A model generated the notes under the pieces. That model ran no database searches, was not told where the DNA came from, and worked only from the letters and a program-made list of their open reading frames with translations. A DNA stretch of 64,000 nt from a virus (Duplodnaviria > Caudoviricetes): positions 1 through 64,000 of IMG/VR virus record IMGVR_UViG_3300014204_000169, one strand, 5' to 3'. Shown here piece by piece: positions 19,192-28,234 of this stretch (position 1 is the stretch's first letter; every line of letters starts with the position of its first letter). The translations under genes and the position numbers were made by a program.

Positions 19192-19323
19192 ATGAAAAGA
19201 ATTTTGATGACTTCAGTTTTATGTTTGTTCTACTGCGGATGTTCACTTCAGGCCCAAGAACGTTTTGCTTTCAGCGGTGCCGGATACTATGACGGTGCGC
19301 AGGTTAAAGGTGTACTCAATTAA
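19192..19323 (+). CDS. 43-aa signal-peptide-bearing ORF, probably truncated
   Basis: GAGAGG RBS; MKRILMTSVLCLFYCGCSLQAQERF...; stops where GC content drops. Confidence 0.35.
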   Translation: MKRILMTSVLCLFYCGCSLQAQERFAFSGAGYYDGAQVKGVLN

Positions 19324-19362
19324 TTATTTTATAGTAAAATAAAGTATTCAAGGAGAATAATC

Positions 19363-19740
19363 ATGTTTTTTCTGTTTAGTTGGTTTTCAAAAATAGGTAA
19401 AACTTTTGTAAAGCTATTCAAATCAAAAGCTGCTCAAAATGTATTAAGTATTATTATTGAGCAAATTCTACCAGAAGCTAAACCCATTGTAGCTTCTATT
19501 CAAAATATTATTAATCACCCATCTCAAGCAACGATTGCAGATATTATTAATCTATATACTAATTTTAAACAAGAGATTGGTTATATAGAAGATAATGCTC
19601 AAGCAAAAGGAAATGCTGTATTAAATTTAGCGGTTATGTTACTAAAAGATAAACTTGGCCCTAAATATAATACACCATTGCTTGAAGCAGCTATTACTAC
19701 TGCTTTAGCTTCTTTACGTGCTGAGTTAGGTTTGAAGTAG
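19363..19740 (+). CDS. Hypothetical protein with amphipathic N-terminus (last late gene)
   Basis: AAGGAG RBS; ends just before the terminator. Confidence 0.55.
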   Translation: MFFLFSWFSKIGKTFVKLFKSKAAQNVLSIIIEQILPEAKPIVASIQNIINHPSQATIADIINLYTNFKQEIGYIEDNAQAKGNAVLNLAVMLLKDKLGPKYNTPLLEAAITTALASLRAELGLK

Positions 19741-19764
19741 CTTTTATTTACATTCTAAGCAAAT

Positions 19765-19804
19765 AAAAAGAGCACACGGAACTTTGTGTGCTCTTTTCTT
19801 TTTG
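19765..19804. terminator. Bidirectional rho-independent terminator
   Basis: AAAAAGAGCACAC-ggaacttt-GTGTGCTCTTTTCTTTT, with T tracts on both strands, between convergent operons. Confidence 0.85.
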
Positions 19805-19856
19805 AAAGCTCTTAATCGTTTACAGCAGAGTTATTCAGGCAGTTATTTGATGCCGA

Positions 19857-20252
19857 CTAACACTTTTTGTCACCATGTCGATGTGGCCTAGTAGTATTGT
19901 ATTCTAATTTTAAATAAAGTGCATCTATTAGCACTTGTTCAAGTTTATGTTTCCCGATAAAATCACTAATGCGAATTAATTCATCAGCAAGCTCAACACA
20001 GAAACCTTCTGGCTTATCTGGATGTGCTGAGTTTATATTGTAATAGATTTTATCTAGTGGATGTCCTCCACGATATTCTTCCAAAGCTTCAGAAAGTTCT
20101 GAATGCATTAAAGCAATTTTTTCTGGGATATTATGTTTTTTACCATCCCACCAACCATGAGATTTTGCTGTTTTATAAGATTGTTTTACTAACTCTAAAA
20201 TTGACAAATCATTTCTATCAGAACTTCTTAATTTTAATAATTCTTTCTTCAT
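19857..20252 (-). CDS. MazG-like nucleotide pyrophosphohydrolase
   Basis: KIALMHSELSEALEEYR...ELADELIRISD...K..YN..RP.RHG. Confidence 0.75.
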   Translation of the reverse strand: MKKELLKLRSSDRNDLSILELVKQSYKTAKSHGWWDGKKHNIPEKIALMHSELSEALEEYRGGHPLDKIYYNINSAHPDKPEGFCVELADELIRISDFIGKHKLEQVLIDALYLKLEYNTTRPHRHGDKKC

Positions 20253-20464
20253 TTTATCCCCATAATAGGTGTGTAATTTAATTTATTTAACTCTTCAGAT
20301 ATTTTTTGAGCACTTCCTGCACAAGATATGAGCCCATCAGATAAACTGACAAGTGTCTTGGAGTCATCAATTGGATTGTACCCAATCATCCAAATTTCAG
20401 AGCAATTTTCTTTTTTAACTCTGAGTCCTCCTTTTACATCAAATAATTCCCATATAATTTTCAT
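20249..20464 (-). CDS. Hypothetical protein
   Basis: Start reassigned to ATG 20464 after AAAGGA RBS (MKIIWELF). Confidence 0.5.
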   Translation of the reverse strand: MKIIWELFDVKGGLRVKKENCSEIWMIGYNPIDDSKTLVSLSDGLISCAGSAQKISEELNKLNYTPIMGIK

Positions 20465-20480
20465 CTCTATTCCTTTTATA

Positions 20481-20658
20481 TTGCAAGCTAACAGCCCTAC
20501 AACACCATAAAGGTAAGATCTAAATAATCTGTTGCTTGGCTCTTCTGCATATAGATGCAGATTACAATTCACTGAGTTGAATAGAGACAAGTTTCAAGGC
20601 TCCTTGTCAACAGTGAAACATTTAGATATTCAAAGAACTGATGGCTGTTAGCTTGCAA
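20481..20658. ncRNA. Candidate structured ncRNA of unknown class
   Basis: Perfect 16-bp terminal inverted repeat (20481-96 / 20643-58) enclosing nested 8-, 7-, 7- and 6-bp stems. Confidence 0.55.
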
Positions 20659-20668
20659 ACTCATAAAA

Positions 20669-21469
20669 TCATTTTACATATTTACTAAACTGTTCTGTTG
20701 ACCAAGTTCTGTATTTTAATTCAGTATCTTCTATTCTTTTTAGTAATCCTTGAAATTTATTAAGATCTTTCCCATAAATATGATAGCTGTCTGCTTGGTG
20801 ACAATATCTCCCTACTCTAACAGGTTCATTTCTCATTCTACCTATTTCATTTGCAATAAACATTTGTAAATGAACAAAAGCATACATATTCATAAATGCT
20901 GCTTGATAGGCATCGTTAGAACGCATCAAAACATTCATATCAAGTTCCCACTTAGGAGAACCTTCTTTATTAACTTGAGTCATTCTGCACCATATTCTTT
21001 GTAAGCATGGTGGATCAGAAGAATATAAATCATATTCAGGAACCCAAGTAATTGCTTGTGCTCTTCTTGAGTATGGAACTCTAGCAAGAATTTTACACAT
21101 TTCATGGATTTGATCTTTTGGAACAAATCTAGCTGGGTTATATCTGAATAGTCTTGAATGATAAGTATAGTAAAGTCTTCCAGTATTCTTAGATTCCAGA
21201 AAAGAAACTATCTCATTATCCTTACTGCCATGAAGAACTTCATTAACATAGTTTACTAAATTTTGAGGTAGCCCAGGAAAGCAGCGATGTACTCTTGGCT
21301 CATCAAGAGGATTAGTAACCTCAATCATCATAGTGCAATCCTTGCTTGGGGGATCTTCAGGTTTGTCATATTCAGTTTTAATATCACAACCGTGCTTGTG
21401 TAATATAATTAATGAATTCTCCCAAGCTTCTGGAATAGTTTTTCCTCTTACTGATAATACTGGGATCAT
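20669..21469 (-). CDS. thyA: Thymidylate synthase (archaeal-like ThyA fold)
   Basis: PPCLQ catalytic Cys, MRSND...N, HQADSYHIY; start at MIPVL after AAAGGTGG. Confidence 0.8.
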   Translation of the reverse strand: MIPVLSVRGKTIPEAWENSLIILHKHGCDIKTEYDKPEDPPSKDCTMMIEVTNPLDEPRVHRCFPGLPQNLVNYVNEVLHGSKDNEIVSFLESKNTGRLYYTYHSRLFRYNPARFVPKDQIHEMCKILARVPYSRRAQAITWVPEYDLYSSDPPCLQRIWCRMTQVNKEGSPKWELDMNVLMRSNDAYQAAFMNMYAFVHLQMFIANEIGRMRNEPVRVGRYCHQADSYHIYGKDLNKFQGLLKRIEDTELKYRTWSTEQFSKYVK

Positions 21470-21729
21470 AAAGAATCCACCTTTCCTAACATTCTTAAAA
21501 TACAAAGATTTACTTCATCTTGTAAAACTCTAGCGCTTTCAATATTTTTAAATGTTATTACTAAATCTTGTTCTTTTGGAATAAAAGTACCACTATTTTC
21601 TTCTTTTGGTACAGCAGCACCAATGGGGTAAGATTTTTCACTGTGTTCAAAAATAATACTTTCATCATTATTTTCAATTTCTTTTCCTACAGTTATTAAA
21701 TATTTTCCATCCCCTAAAATTACGTGCAT
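21466..21729 (-). CDS. Hypothetical protein
   Basis: Co-oriented, 4-nt overlap with thyA. Confidence 0.5.
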   Translation of the reverse strand: MHVILGDGKYLITVGKEIENNDESIIFEHSEKSYPIGAAVPKEENSGTFIPKEQDLVITFKNIESARVLQDEVNLCILRMLGKVDSL

Positions 21730-21858
21730 TTCTTCACCTTTAATGATTTAATCTTCTTTAGTAAAAACATCACTTTTTGCTTTAGTAATTTATTCTGCTT
21801 TTTCAAAAACTCAATTTTCTTTTCCAACATTGTTATTTTAAAATGTTGATTTTGAAAT

Positions 21859-22089
21859 TCATTCATTATATTTTACCGGATAGTAACAATCAGGCCAAGA
21901 AATAGATTCATTTGGTATGATATCATTTAAAATTGCTGACCCAATAAAATAAGTATGATCTACACAAGCTTTGATTGCTTTTCTTTTTGTTGTAAAAACC
22001 CCTTGAAATTCCCAAGCAACTACTTTTGATTTTTTATCAAAACCTTTATTTTGCCCAACAATCCATAATTTAATTTTCTTTGACATCAC
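21859..22089 (-). CDS. Hypothetical protein
   Basis: WEFQGVF...AIKAC; co-oriented. Confidence 0.5.
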   Translation of the reverse strand: MMSKKIKLWIVGQNKGFDKKSKVVAWEFQGVFTTKRKAIKACVDHTYFIGSAILNDIIPNESISWPDCYYPVKYNE

Positions 22090-22681
22090 TAATTCCTTTT
22101 TTAATTGTTACATTAAATACTTTATCTGCACATTCAGCTAATTCTGTACTGTGCGTAACCACAATAACTTGCAATGAAAGTTTTTTACTAATTTCAGATA
22201 ACATAGCACTAGCTAAATTCATTCTTACAGGATCTAACCCAGGAAAAGGTTCATCTAATAATAAAACATTATTAGTTCTTGGATTTTGTAATACCCATGA
22301 AACAACTCTTAATGCAAATGCAGCTATATGCACTGTTCCTCCACCAGAAGAATCCATTGGCTCATCTATCTCTTGCCCCTTACGGGAAAATAACAAATCA
22401 CACTCACTCTTATTCCTACGCTGAATAAACCTTGCCATGAATTCATAAGGGTCATCATATACAGAAGATAAAGCCATGCTTACTAAATCAGATATTTTGA
22501 ATTCAAGGGACTGTTGTGTGCGTAGACCTACAAGCTTTACGCACTCTAAGGCTTTTTCTAAATTATGTGATTTACTAACTAGTTTAGCATTTTCCAGAGT
22601 GACGGATTCAAGGAGATTATTAAGAGTCAGTTTTTGGCCTTTCCGTTGCTCTAACCTGTTTCGTAATTCTTGAATAGTCAT
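22070..22681 (-). CDS. sbcC: SbcC/Rad50 (gp46-like) ATPase, C-terminal half
   Basis: Signature SGGG, Walker B LLLDEP, D-loop GLD, H-loop VVTHS; no Walker A. Confidence 0.8.
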   Translation of the reverse strand: MTIQELRNRLEQRKGQKLTLNNLLESVTLENAKLVSKSHNLEKALECVKLVGLRTQQSLEFKISDLVSMALSSVYDDPYEFMARFIQRRNKSECDLLFSRKGQEIDEPMDSSGGGTVHIAAFALRVVSWVLQNPRTNNVLLLDEPFPGLDPVRMNLASAMLSEISKKLSLQVIVVTHSTELAECADKVFNVTIKKGISDVKEN

Positions 22682-22870
22682 TTATGGCTCAAATACATAA
22701 AGTTTATAATCATCAGATTTTACAATAAAATAATCTTCTGCTTGATCACCTCCATATTTTGTATTTAAAGCATCACAAATAGTATTAGCATAATAAAGAG
22801 GAACATTTTCTACAACTGTTCGTTCTGATATATGCTCTCTTGCAAAATTATCTGTGCAAATTATTTTCAT
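22682..22870 (-). CDS. Hypothetical protein
   Basis: Co-oriented small ORF. Confidence 0.45.
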   Translation of the reverse strand: MKIICTDNFAREHISERTVVENVPLYYANTICDALNTKYGGDQAEDYFIVKSDDYKLYVFEP

Positions 22871-23027
22871 TAGCTTTCCCTTTTTTAATAATGAAGTATC
22901 CTAATCCAATAAATGCTATTACCCCACCACGGATAACCCAACCATTATAAATAATACCAATACCTAATATTATATTTACAAAAGCACAGTAAGGTGTTAT
23001 GCGTTCAATTAACGTAATCCATTTCAT
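22848..23027 (-). CDS. Small two-TM membrane protein (59 aa)
   Basis: Hand translation MKWITLIERITPYCAFVNIILGIGIIYNGWVIRGGVIAFIGLGYFIIKKG...; TAATG overlap with the upstream stop. Confidence 0.45.
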   Translation of the reverse strand: MKWITLIERITPYCAFVNIILGIGIIYNGWVIRGGVIAFIGLGYFIIKKGKANENNLHR

Positions 23028-23266
23028 TAGTCTTCCCCTAATTCAGATTCAATCTTTTCTGAAAGTTTAGTAATTTTTTTAGTAATATCTTCCAATTCAG
23101 TTTCAAGAGATTCAATCTTTTCTTGTGCCTCAGACACATCCTTACACTTGAAATCCATTTTTAGTGTATTTAGTAAAGCCGTCTTCTGGCCTTGCAACTG
23201 CTGCTCCTGATTCTTAGCAGAATCAATTTTGTCCTTCAGATCAAATAATTGTTTTTCGGTTAGCAT
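23027..23266 (-). CDS. Small coiled-coil protein in the SbcCD locus
   Basis: 79 aa with near-continuous heptad pattern. Confidence 0.5.
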   Translation of the reverse strand: MLTEKQLFDLKDKIDSAKNQEQQLQGQKTALLNTLKMDFKCKDVSEAQEKIESLETELEDITKKITKLSEKIESELGED

Positions 23267-23558
23267 ATTTATACTTCCTTAATTCATAATCAGTAAAATC
23301 TCTTGTACTCCAATCAGGGCAATGCTTTTGCCAATTTTTAAATTCTATATCTCCTGAATGATAAAATACATCGGGTCTTTTTTCACAAGCTAAATGAGTT
23401 TTATCAGTAACAATAAAAGTTAAATATTTACAACTATCACATCTAGCAGCAATATTACTAAATTTGCATGTGTTATTTTCATGATTAGTTGCTGCTGATT
23501 TGCTTTGTAAAATTTTATTACAAAATTTACAAGCATAAGCTTCAACTTTATTTGGCAT
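23241..23558 (-). CDS. Cys/His zinc-finger protein (paralog of 24694..24990)
   Basis: ACKFC-x12-HENNTC..RCDSC. Confidence 0.55.
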   Translation of the reverse strand: MPNKVEAYACKFCNKILQSKSAATNHENNTCKFSNIAARCDSCKYLTFIVTDKTHLACEKRPDVFYHSGDIEFKNWQKHCPDWSTRDFTDYELRKYKYANRKTII

Positions 23559-23823
23559 TACCTACTATTCTCCATTCAAAGAACGCGCTAATATGAGCAT
23601 CATCCACCATACTTTCAGGATGCACATCCTCATACCCTTCGGGCCTTTTTACTGCAATTAATATTTCATCTGATTTTGGTTCAAATTGTTTTAACCGTTT
23701 AATTTCTTTCTGTTCCCAATCTGTCCAAATAGAATCACAGTCCTCACAATGAAATCCTGTGTGTTTTCTTTTTGGTGTTTTTTCACTTGTTACATTTTTA
23801 CTTTTGCAAAAAATGCACTTCAT
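23548..23823 (-). CDS. Zinc-ribbon protein
   Basis: CIFC...CEDC. Confidence 0.45.
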   Translation of the reverse strand: MKCIFCKSKNVTSEKTPKRKHTGFHCEDCDSIWTDWEQKEIKRLKQFEPKSDEILIAVKRPEGYEDVHPESMVDDAHISAFFEWRIVGNAK

Positions 23824-24704
23824 AATCTCTCCAATGCCTTATATATATAGTTTACTACAGATTTCTTTAAAGGATTTTGTGACAAAAATTGCTTTAGATT
23901 ATCTTGAAAATTTACATCCGTAATAGATTCATCCGTAAGTTTTTCAATGAATGCTTGAATACGGGAATCCCTTGCTTCATCTTTTTCTATGTGTTCACGA
24001 GTTATTACTAAATTTCCTGGTTCTATTGGAAGAAACACTTGTTCAATTTTATTTGTAGAAGCTTCCCAAAGGAACACACACGGCTTATGATCTATCTGAT
24101 CTGATTTCTGTCTTGTCATAGAACCAGGATTTATTAAATATCTTCCCTGATACTCTTCAACAAAAGTCTGATGGTTGTCAGACGTAATAATCAACGGAAA
24201 TTGAGGGTATTTTTTTAGTAATACTCTTGCTGATGATTCCTTACACCCAGGAAAAGGTAGTTTTTTTGAATATGTTAATATATGCCAAACTAAAATAGAT
24301 TTATGAATTTCAGGAATATAAAACCCTTTATCTGGAGTTTGACCCCAACTACAATCAGGTAAAACTTCTAACTTACCGGCTTCTTTTAATGTATTAATTC
24401 CAGATTTATAAGCTAAATCTAAGTTGTGGTTTGGTAAATCATGGTTTCCATACACGGTGTAAAATTGGTTGGGTAAATGTTTTATTGTTTCTGTAAGTAA
24501 GTAAGGACTAGGCTTCCAGTTTTCAAAAAGATCCCCACCACATAAAACAAGACAGTCATATTGTTTTTGTAGTTGCCAAATGAAATCTAATTTTCTCCAT
24601 TGAGCATCTAAGAATGAATCTGTTCTACAGATTGGTTGATCCTCACGTAAGTGAATATCCCCGCAAATAATAATTGTAGGTTTGAAAGATTGTTTATTTT
24701 TCAT
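23820..24704 (-). CDS. sbcD: SbcD/Mre11 (gp47-like) metallophosphoesterase nuclease
   Basis: GDIH, GGDLF, GNHD, SDNH, NPGS motifs. Confidence 0.85.
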   Translation of the reverse strand: MKNKQSFKPTIIICGDIHLREDQPICRTDSFLDAQWRKLDFIWQLQKQYDCLVLCGGDLFENWKPSPYLLTETIKHLPNQFYTVYGNHDLPNHNLDLAYKSGINTLKEAGKLEVLPDCSWGQTPDKGFYIPEIHKSILVWHILTYSKKLPFPGCKESSARVLLKKYPQFPLIITSDNHQTFVEEYQGRYLINPGSMTRQKSDQIDHKPCVFLWEASTNKIEQVFLPIEPGNLVITREHIEKDEARDSRIQAFIEKLTDESITDVNFQDNLKQFLSQNPLKKSVVNYIYKALERL

Positions 24705-24990
24705 AAAAATTTACATTTATCTCCCAAGAAGAACAATGTTTTCTCCAAATTTTATTATGTATTGGTGTAAGAGAATCCATATTGAGATAAAGACTATTCG
24801 TATTTATTAATTGTATTCCTTTATCACAAGATATTTCTTCTCTAAAAAGTATTAAGTTTTTACAACCTTTACAACGTCTTGCGATTGGACTTTTGTTACA
24901 ATGATTATTTTCATGATTTTTAGCATCAGACAATCTACTAAAAATTCTTTTACAATAATCACAGGCATGAGCTTCAATTTTGTGTGTCAT
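24694..24990 (-). CDS. Cys/His zinc-finger protein (paralog of 23241..23558)
   Basis: ACDYC-x12-HENNHC..RCKGC; start at MTHK. Confidence 0.55.
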   Translation of the reverse strand: MTHKIEAHACDYCKRIFSRLSDAKNHENNHCNKSPIARRCKGCKNLILFREEISCDKGIQLINTNSLYLNMDSLTPIHNKIWRKHCSSWEINVNFYEK

Positions 24991-26024
24991 TTCTTCTTCC
25001 CGCACAAATAACAATAATTTGGAAAACCTTTATCAAACTCTTTTTGTAACATTATAATCTTATTTTTACTTTTAGTAATCAACTCTTCTGTCATTTTTAT
25101 TGCGCTGACATGTTCTTCTAATCTATCTTTTTTATTTTTTAGTAATTTTAAATCTTTATACCAAACTAATGCTTGATCTACAGTATCTTCCAGTTTAGTA
25201 AGCTTTTGAAGCTCTTTCTGATTCACAGTAATAGATTTTAGCTGTTTTACTGTCTTTATAAGGCTATTTTTCTGCTCTGTAATCGTTTCTAAGGCTTTAT
25301 AAAGTCCCAAACAAGTATTTACACCATCTTTATGCTTTAACTTGTTCTGGACCTTCTCAATGAGTGAATCCAGCACAGAAGATCTTGTTATTAGATTAGT
25401 AATAACTTTTACTTTAGTTTCTATCTCTTGTTTTCTTTGATCTAACTTTTCCAGTTCACTTACTTGATACTCAAGTGATTCAAGATTACTATACTTTTTA
25501 AGATCCTTAGTATAATTAGTAATTTGATTATTAGTAACCTCAATTTCCTGATTTGTTTTTCTGATCCATGATTGGATATTTTTAGTAGCATAATCAATAT
25601 CATCAATATGTGCTATTTCATTAAAATGCCTTGCTACTTCTCCAGGGGAATCAGAAAACAGAAATACTTTATCATGTTGCCTTTGAATATTAATCTCAGA
25701 CATATTAAGGGCTTTACTAACTTCATCAGGAACATCCGACCGGACAGCTTCTAGTAATTTGCCATTAAGGAAATACCCATTCTGCTTTCCACGTATACGA
25801 GTGATCTTTTGATCATTAGTAAATATAGTAGCTTTAGTTGTACCACCCCACCATGAACGAAAAGATTCTCCAGAAGGACGATTAAACAAAACCCATCTGA
25901 TTGCTCTTAGTAAACTAGATTTTCCCGCATCGGAATTTCCAATAATGCAGTTCACCGATGGGGAGAATTCCAGTTCAGAATGCTTATGTGATTGAAAGTT
26001 TTTTACTATTAATTTATTTATCAT
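24987..26024 (-). CDS. sbcC: SbcC/Rad50 (gp46-like) ATPase, N-terminal half
   Basis: KNFQSH, Walker [10 protein letters not shown]-loop, coiled coil ending in the CYLC zinc hook. Confidence 0.85.
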   Translation of the reverse strand: MINKLIVKNFQSHKHSELEFSPSVNCIIGNSDAGKSSLLRAIRWVLFNRPSGESFRSWWGGTTKATIFTNDQKITRIRGKQNGYFLNGKLLEAVRSDVPDEVSKALNMSEINIQRQHDKVFLFSDSPGEVARHFNEIAHIDDIDYATKNIQSWIRKTNQEIEVTNNQITNYTKDLKKYSNLESLEYQVSELEKLDQRKQEIETKVKVITNLITRSSVLDSLIEKVQNKLKHKDGVNTCLGLYKALETITEQKNSLIKTVKQLKSITVNQKELQKLTKLEDTVDQALVWYKDLKLLKNKKDRLEEHVSAIKMTEELITKSKNKIIMLQKEFDKGFPNYCYLCGKKK

Positions 26025-26154
26025 TTTTAGTAATTTTCTTTACTAAACTAATAACATTAGATGCAAGACCATTATGTTCTTTTTTACAATGAAGTTCCCA
26101 AGATTTTTTATCTTGTTTGAAATCTTTCAAACAAAAAGGACATTTAAATCCCAT
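26014..26154 (-). CDS. Small C2H2-type zinc-finger protein (46 aa)
   Basis: Hand translation [27 protein letters not shown]... Confidence 0.45.
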   Translation of the reverse strand: MGFKCPFCLKDFKQDKKSWELHCKKEHNGLASNVISLVKKITKNDK

Positions 26155-26157
26155 AAT

Positions 26158-26358
26158 TTATAACCCTGCAAGCAAATCATTAGTAATATATTCAAGAAAA
26201 GCTGCACTAAGTTCTTTTATTAATCTTTCTTTATTTGCAGTATAATAATCTGGATAAACGCCACCAAACTTATCTACATTTAATCTTATTAGTTTATTAA
26301 TTTTTTTTGAGTCAACAGTTATAACAACTTCTTTTTTATCTTTATTAACTTCTGCCAT
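26158..26358 (-). CDS. Hypothetical protein
   Basis: GAGGAG RBS; co-oriented. Confidence 0.5.
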   Translation of the reverse strand: MAEVNKDKKEVVITVDSKKINKLIRLNVDKFGGVYPDYYTANKERLIKELSAAFLEYITNDLLAGL

Positions 26359-26488
26359 ATTTTCTCCTCAATATAAATGTACTAATTGTTCTAACCCATC
26401 TAACCGTTTACTAAAAGTTTCAAATGTTATTTTTTCTTCTTCATATTCATTTTGTAATTTTACTAAACTTTTATGTGCTTCTTCTAAT

Positions 26489-26953
26489 CTAGCCATTCGG
26501 GGGTTTTGTTCGCAACATCTTCTTAGGCTTTTTTCCATCTCCATGTACTTGCGTGTTTTGTGTATTGGTATTTTTTAACTTTCTTCGATCTTGAATATGT
26601 TGACCCACCATTTCAAAAAAATTATTAGCATCCATAACCACAACAGGTACTTGATGTGATGAACGTACAACAAGAAGCCAATTAGTATTTGGTTGTTCAT
26701 TAGTAATTGCTTGTTTAATCCAAGCAGGGATAGACCACGTTTCTTGACGCTTACATTCAATTGAAAAAGGCGCAAGCTTTCTTGCTTTACCTCTTAAAAT
26801 TACGTCTACGCCTGAACTGCCCATTGGACGTGAACTTATTAAACTTTCATCATCTGGTCCCCAAGGAATACCTGTAATTTCACTGATTTTTTGGCAGCAA
26901 AATTGCTGTAGAAGACGGCCTTTTTGTTTTCTCGCTGCTACTGAAATAGTCAT
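26489..26953 (-). CDS. Holliday junction resolvase-like PD-(D/E)XK nuclease
   Basis: KG..LQ, G.DV, SIECKRQE, W..QA. Confidence 0.7.
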   Translation of the reverse strand: MTISVAARKQKGRLLQQFCCQKISEITGIPWGPDDESLISSRPMGSSGVDVILRGKARKLAPFSIECKRQETWSIPAWIKQAITNEQPNTNWLLVVRSSHQVPVVVMDANNFFEMVGQHIQDRRKLKNTNTQNTQVHGDGKKPKKMLRTKPPNG

Positions 26954-27146
26954 TTCTCACCATTTGTAATAAGTTTATTAATTCTGGTAAATCCGCTTTA
27001 TTCATTACTAAACTACCATGTGATCTTAATGCATTTTGTTCAATGATACAGAACTTATTATTCTTTTGAATAGACAATCCTTTTTCTGTATGAGATGCAT
27101 AGTAAGTAAAATTACCGTAATCATCTTCTTTAACAATTTTAATCAT
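26880..27146 (-). CDS. Hypothetical protein
   Basis: Co-oriented; ATGA overlap with recA stop. Confidence 0.4.
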   Translation of the reverse strand: MIKIVKEDDYGNFTYYASHTEKGLSIQKNNKFCIIEQNALRSHGSLVMNKADLPELINLLQMVRNDYFSSSEKTKRPSSTAILLPKNQ

Positions 27147-28234
27147 CGTATCTTCTTCTTTCTACTCTTATGAAAGGAAGACTCAATAGCTTCCCATGTA
27201 TCTATAACTTCTTCTTTTAGTTCATTTTCTAAATTAGAATCCTCAATCATAGTACATGCTTTGTCTAAATCATTACTAAGTTTTTCTCCACCAATAGTAT
27301 AAAATTTATCAGTAGAATTACTTTTAATAAATTGAAGATTTTGTCTCAAATTGTCAATGCCATATGAAAATACTATTGGTATTACAGCAGTTCTATGTGG
27401 AACATCAATACTGCTTTTTGCAACAGTAATAGTTGTTTCCACACCAATAACTCTTGATATCTTTTTCCCACCATTTATGGTTTTTTCTTTTTTAATCTTA
27501 GTTGGGTTAGAACATTGTAAACGCAAAGAAGCGTAAAAAGGTATGCCCATACCACCAGACGATTTATATTTAGCTTCATATAATCCCCCACCAACATTTT
27601 CCCTAATCTGATTTGAACATACTAATAGTAAATTTCGTTCTTTAATAATTCGACAAGTTTTCCTAAGTTCTTCTGAAAACTCTTTGGCTCTACGCATCCC
27701 ATATTTATCTTCACCATCCATTTCCATATTAGTGGAAAGTGCAGCTAAAGAATCTGTTAAAATTCCTGTAATTGTACTTGTATCTTCTGGAGCTATTTTA
27801 CGAATATGTTGAAATACTTCTGTTACGGTATTGGGTGTAAAGTATTGATCTTCTTTTATATGAAAATCAAATACTTTTGCAAACTGTTTTCCCAATCGCG
27901 CCTCTGGGTCAAAAAAGTAAGTTTCACCACCTTGACGCTCAATGGCTCCAGCTAATTCACAAAGAAGGATTGTTTTTCCTGCTCCGCTAGGTCCAAAGAT
28001 TTCTACTAATATTCCTCCAGGTATACCACCACCTCTAACAGCAGTTCCACTTATGGCAAGATCCAACAAAGTTGATCCTGTAGAAATTACTTTACCAAAA
28101 TCAAATTCTTTTTCTTCTTCCACTAAGTCTGTGTTTTGGTGTGTGTGTGTTCTCTTCTTTAGTTTCTTCTCTCGTTGTTCTACTAATGTTGGGGTTTCCT
28201 CTTCTGACTCTGAGTGATGTTTTGTTCGTAACAT
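27143..28234 (-). CDS. recA: RecA/UvsX recombinase
   Basis: ISTGS..LD.A, GPSGAGKT, DSLAAL, NQIRE, GG..IPFYASLRL; start at ATG 28234 after AAGGA. Confidence 0.9.
   Translation of the reverse strand: MLRTKHHSESEEETPTLVEQREKKLKKRTHTHQNTDLVEEEKEFDFGKVISTGSTLLDLAISGTAVRGGGIPGGILVEIFGPSGAGKTILLCELAGAIERQGGETYFFDPEARLGKQFAKVFDFHIKEDQYFTPNTVTEVFQHIRKIAPEDTSTITGILTDSLAALSTNMEMDGEDKYGMRRAKEFSEELRKTCRIIKERNLLLVCSNQIRENVGGGLYEAKYKSSGGMGIPFYASLRLQCSNPTKIKKEKTINGGKKISRVIGVETTITVAKSSIDVPHRTAVIPIVFSYGIDNLRQNLQFIKSNSTDKFYTIGGEKLSNDLDKACTMIEDSNLENELKEEVIDTWEAIESSFHKSRKKKIR

Larger units (their letters stand above)
14830..19320. other. GC-rich (~45-50%) module in ~30% GC genome; probable horizontally exchanged host-range/lysis cassette
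   Basis: Sampled lines: 14581-14640 has 17/60 GC and 15181-15240 has 32/60. The shift starts inside the tail gene and ends at a short ORF. Boundaries are approximate. Confidence 0.7.

Noticed and set aside
20249-20590. Track ORF extended to 113 aa
   Set aside because: A better RBS sits at ATG 20464; the extension runs through the structured element
20605-20650. Hammerhead ribozyme (GAAAC ... CTGATG)
   Set aside because: The core reads CTGATGG rather than CTGATGA, and only ~18 nt are available for stems I and III
20481-20658. MITE / transposon ends
   Set aside because: No target-site duplication, no transposase and no second copy seen
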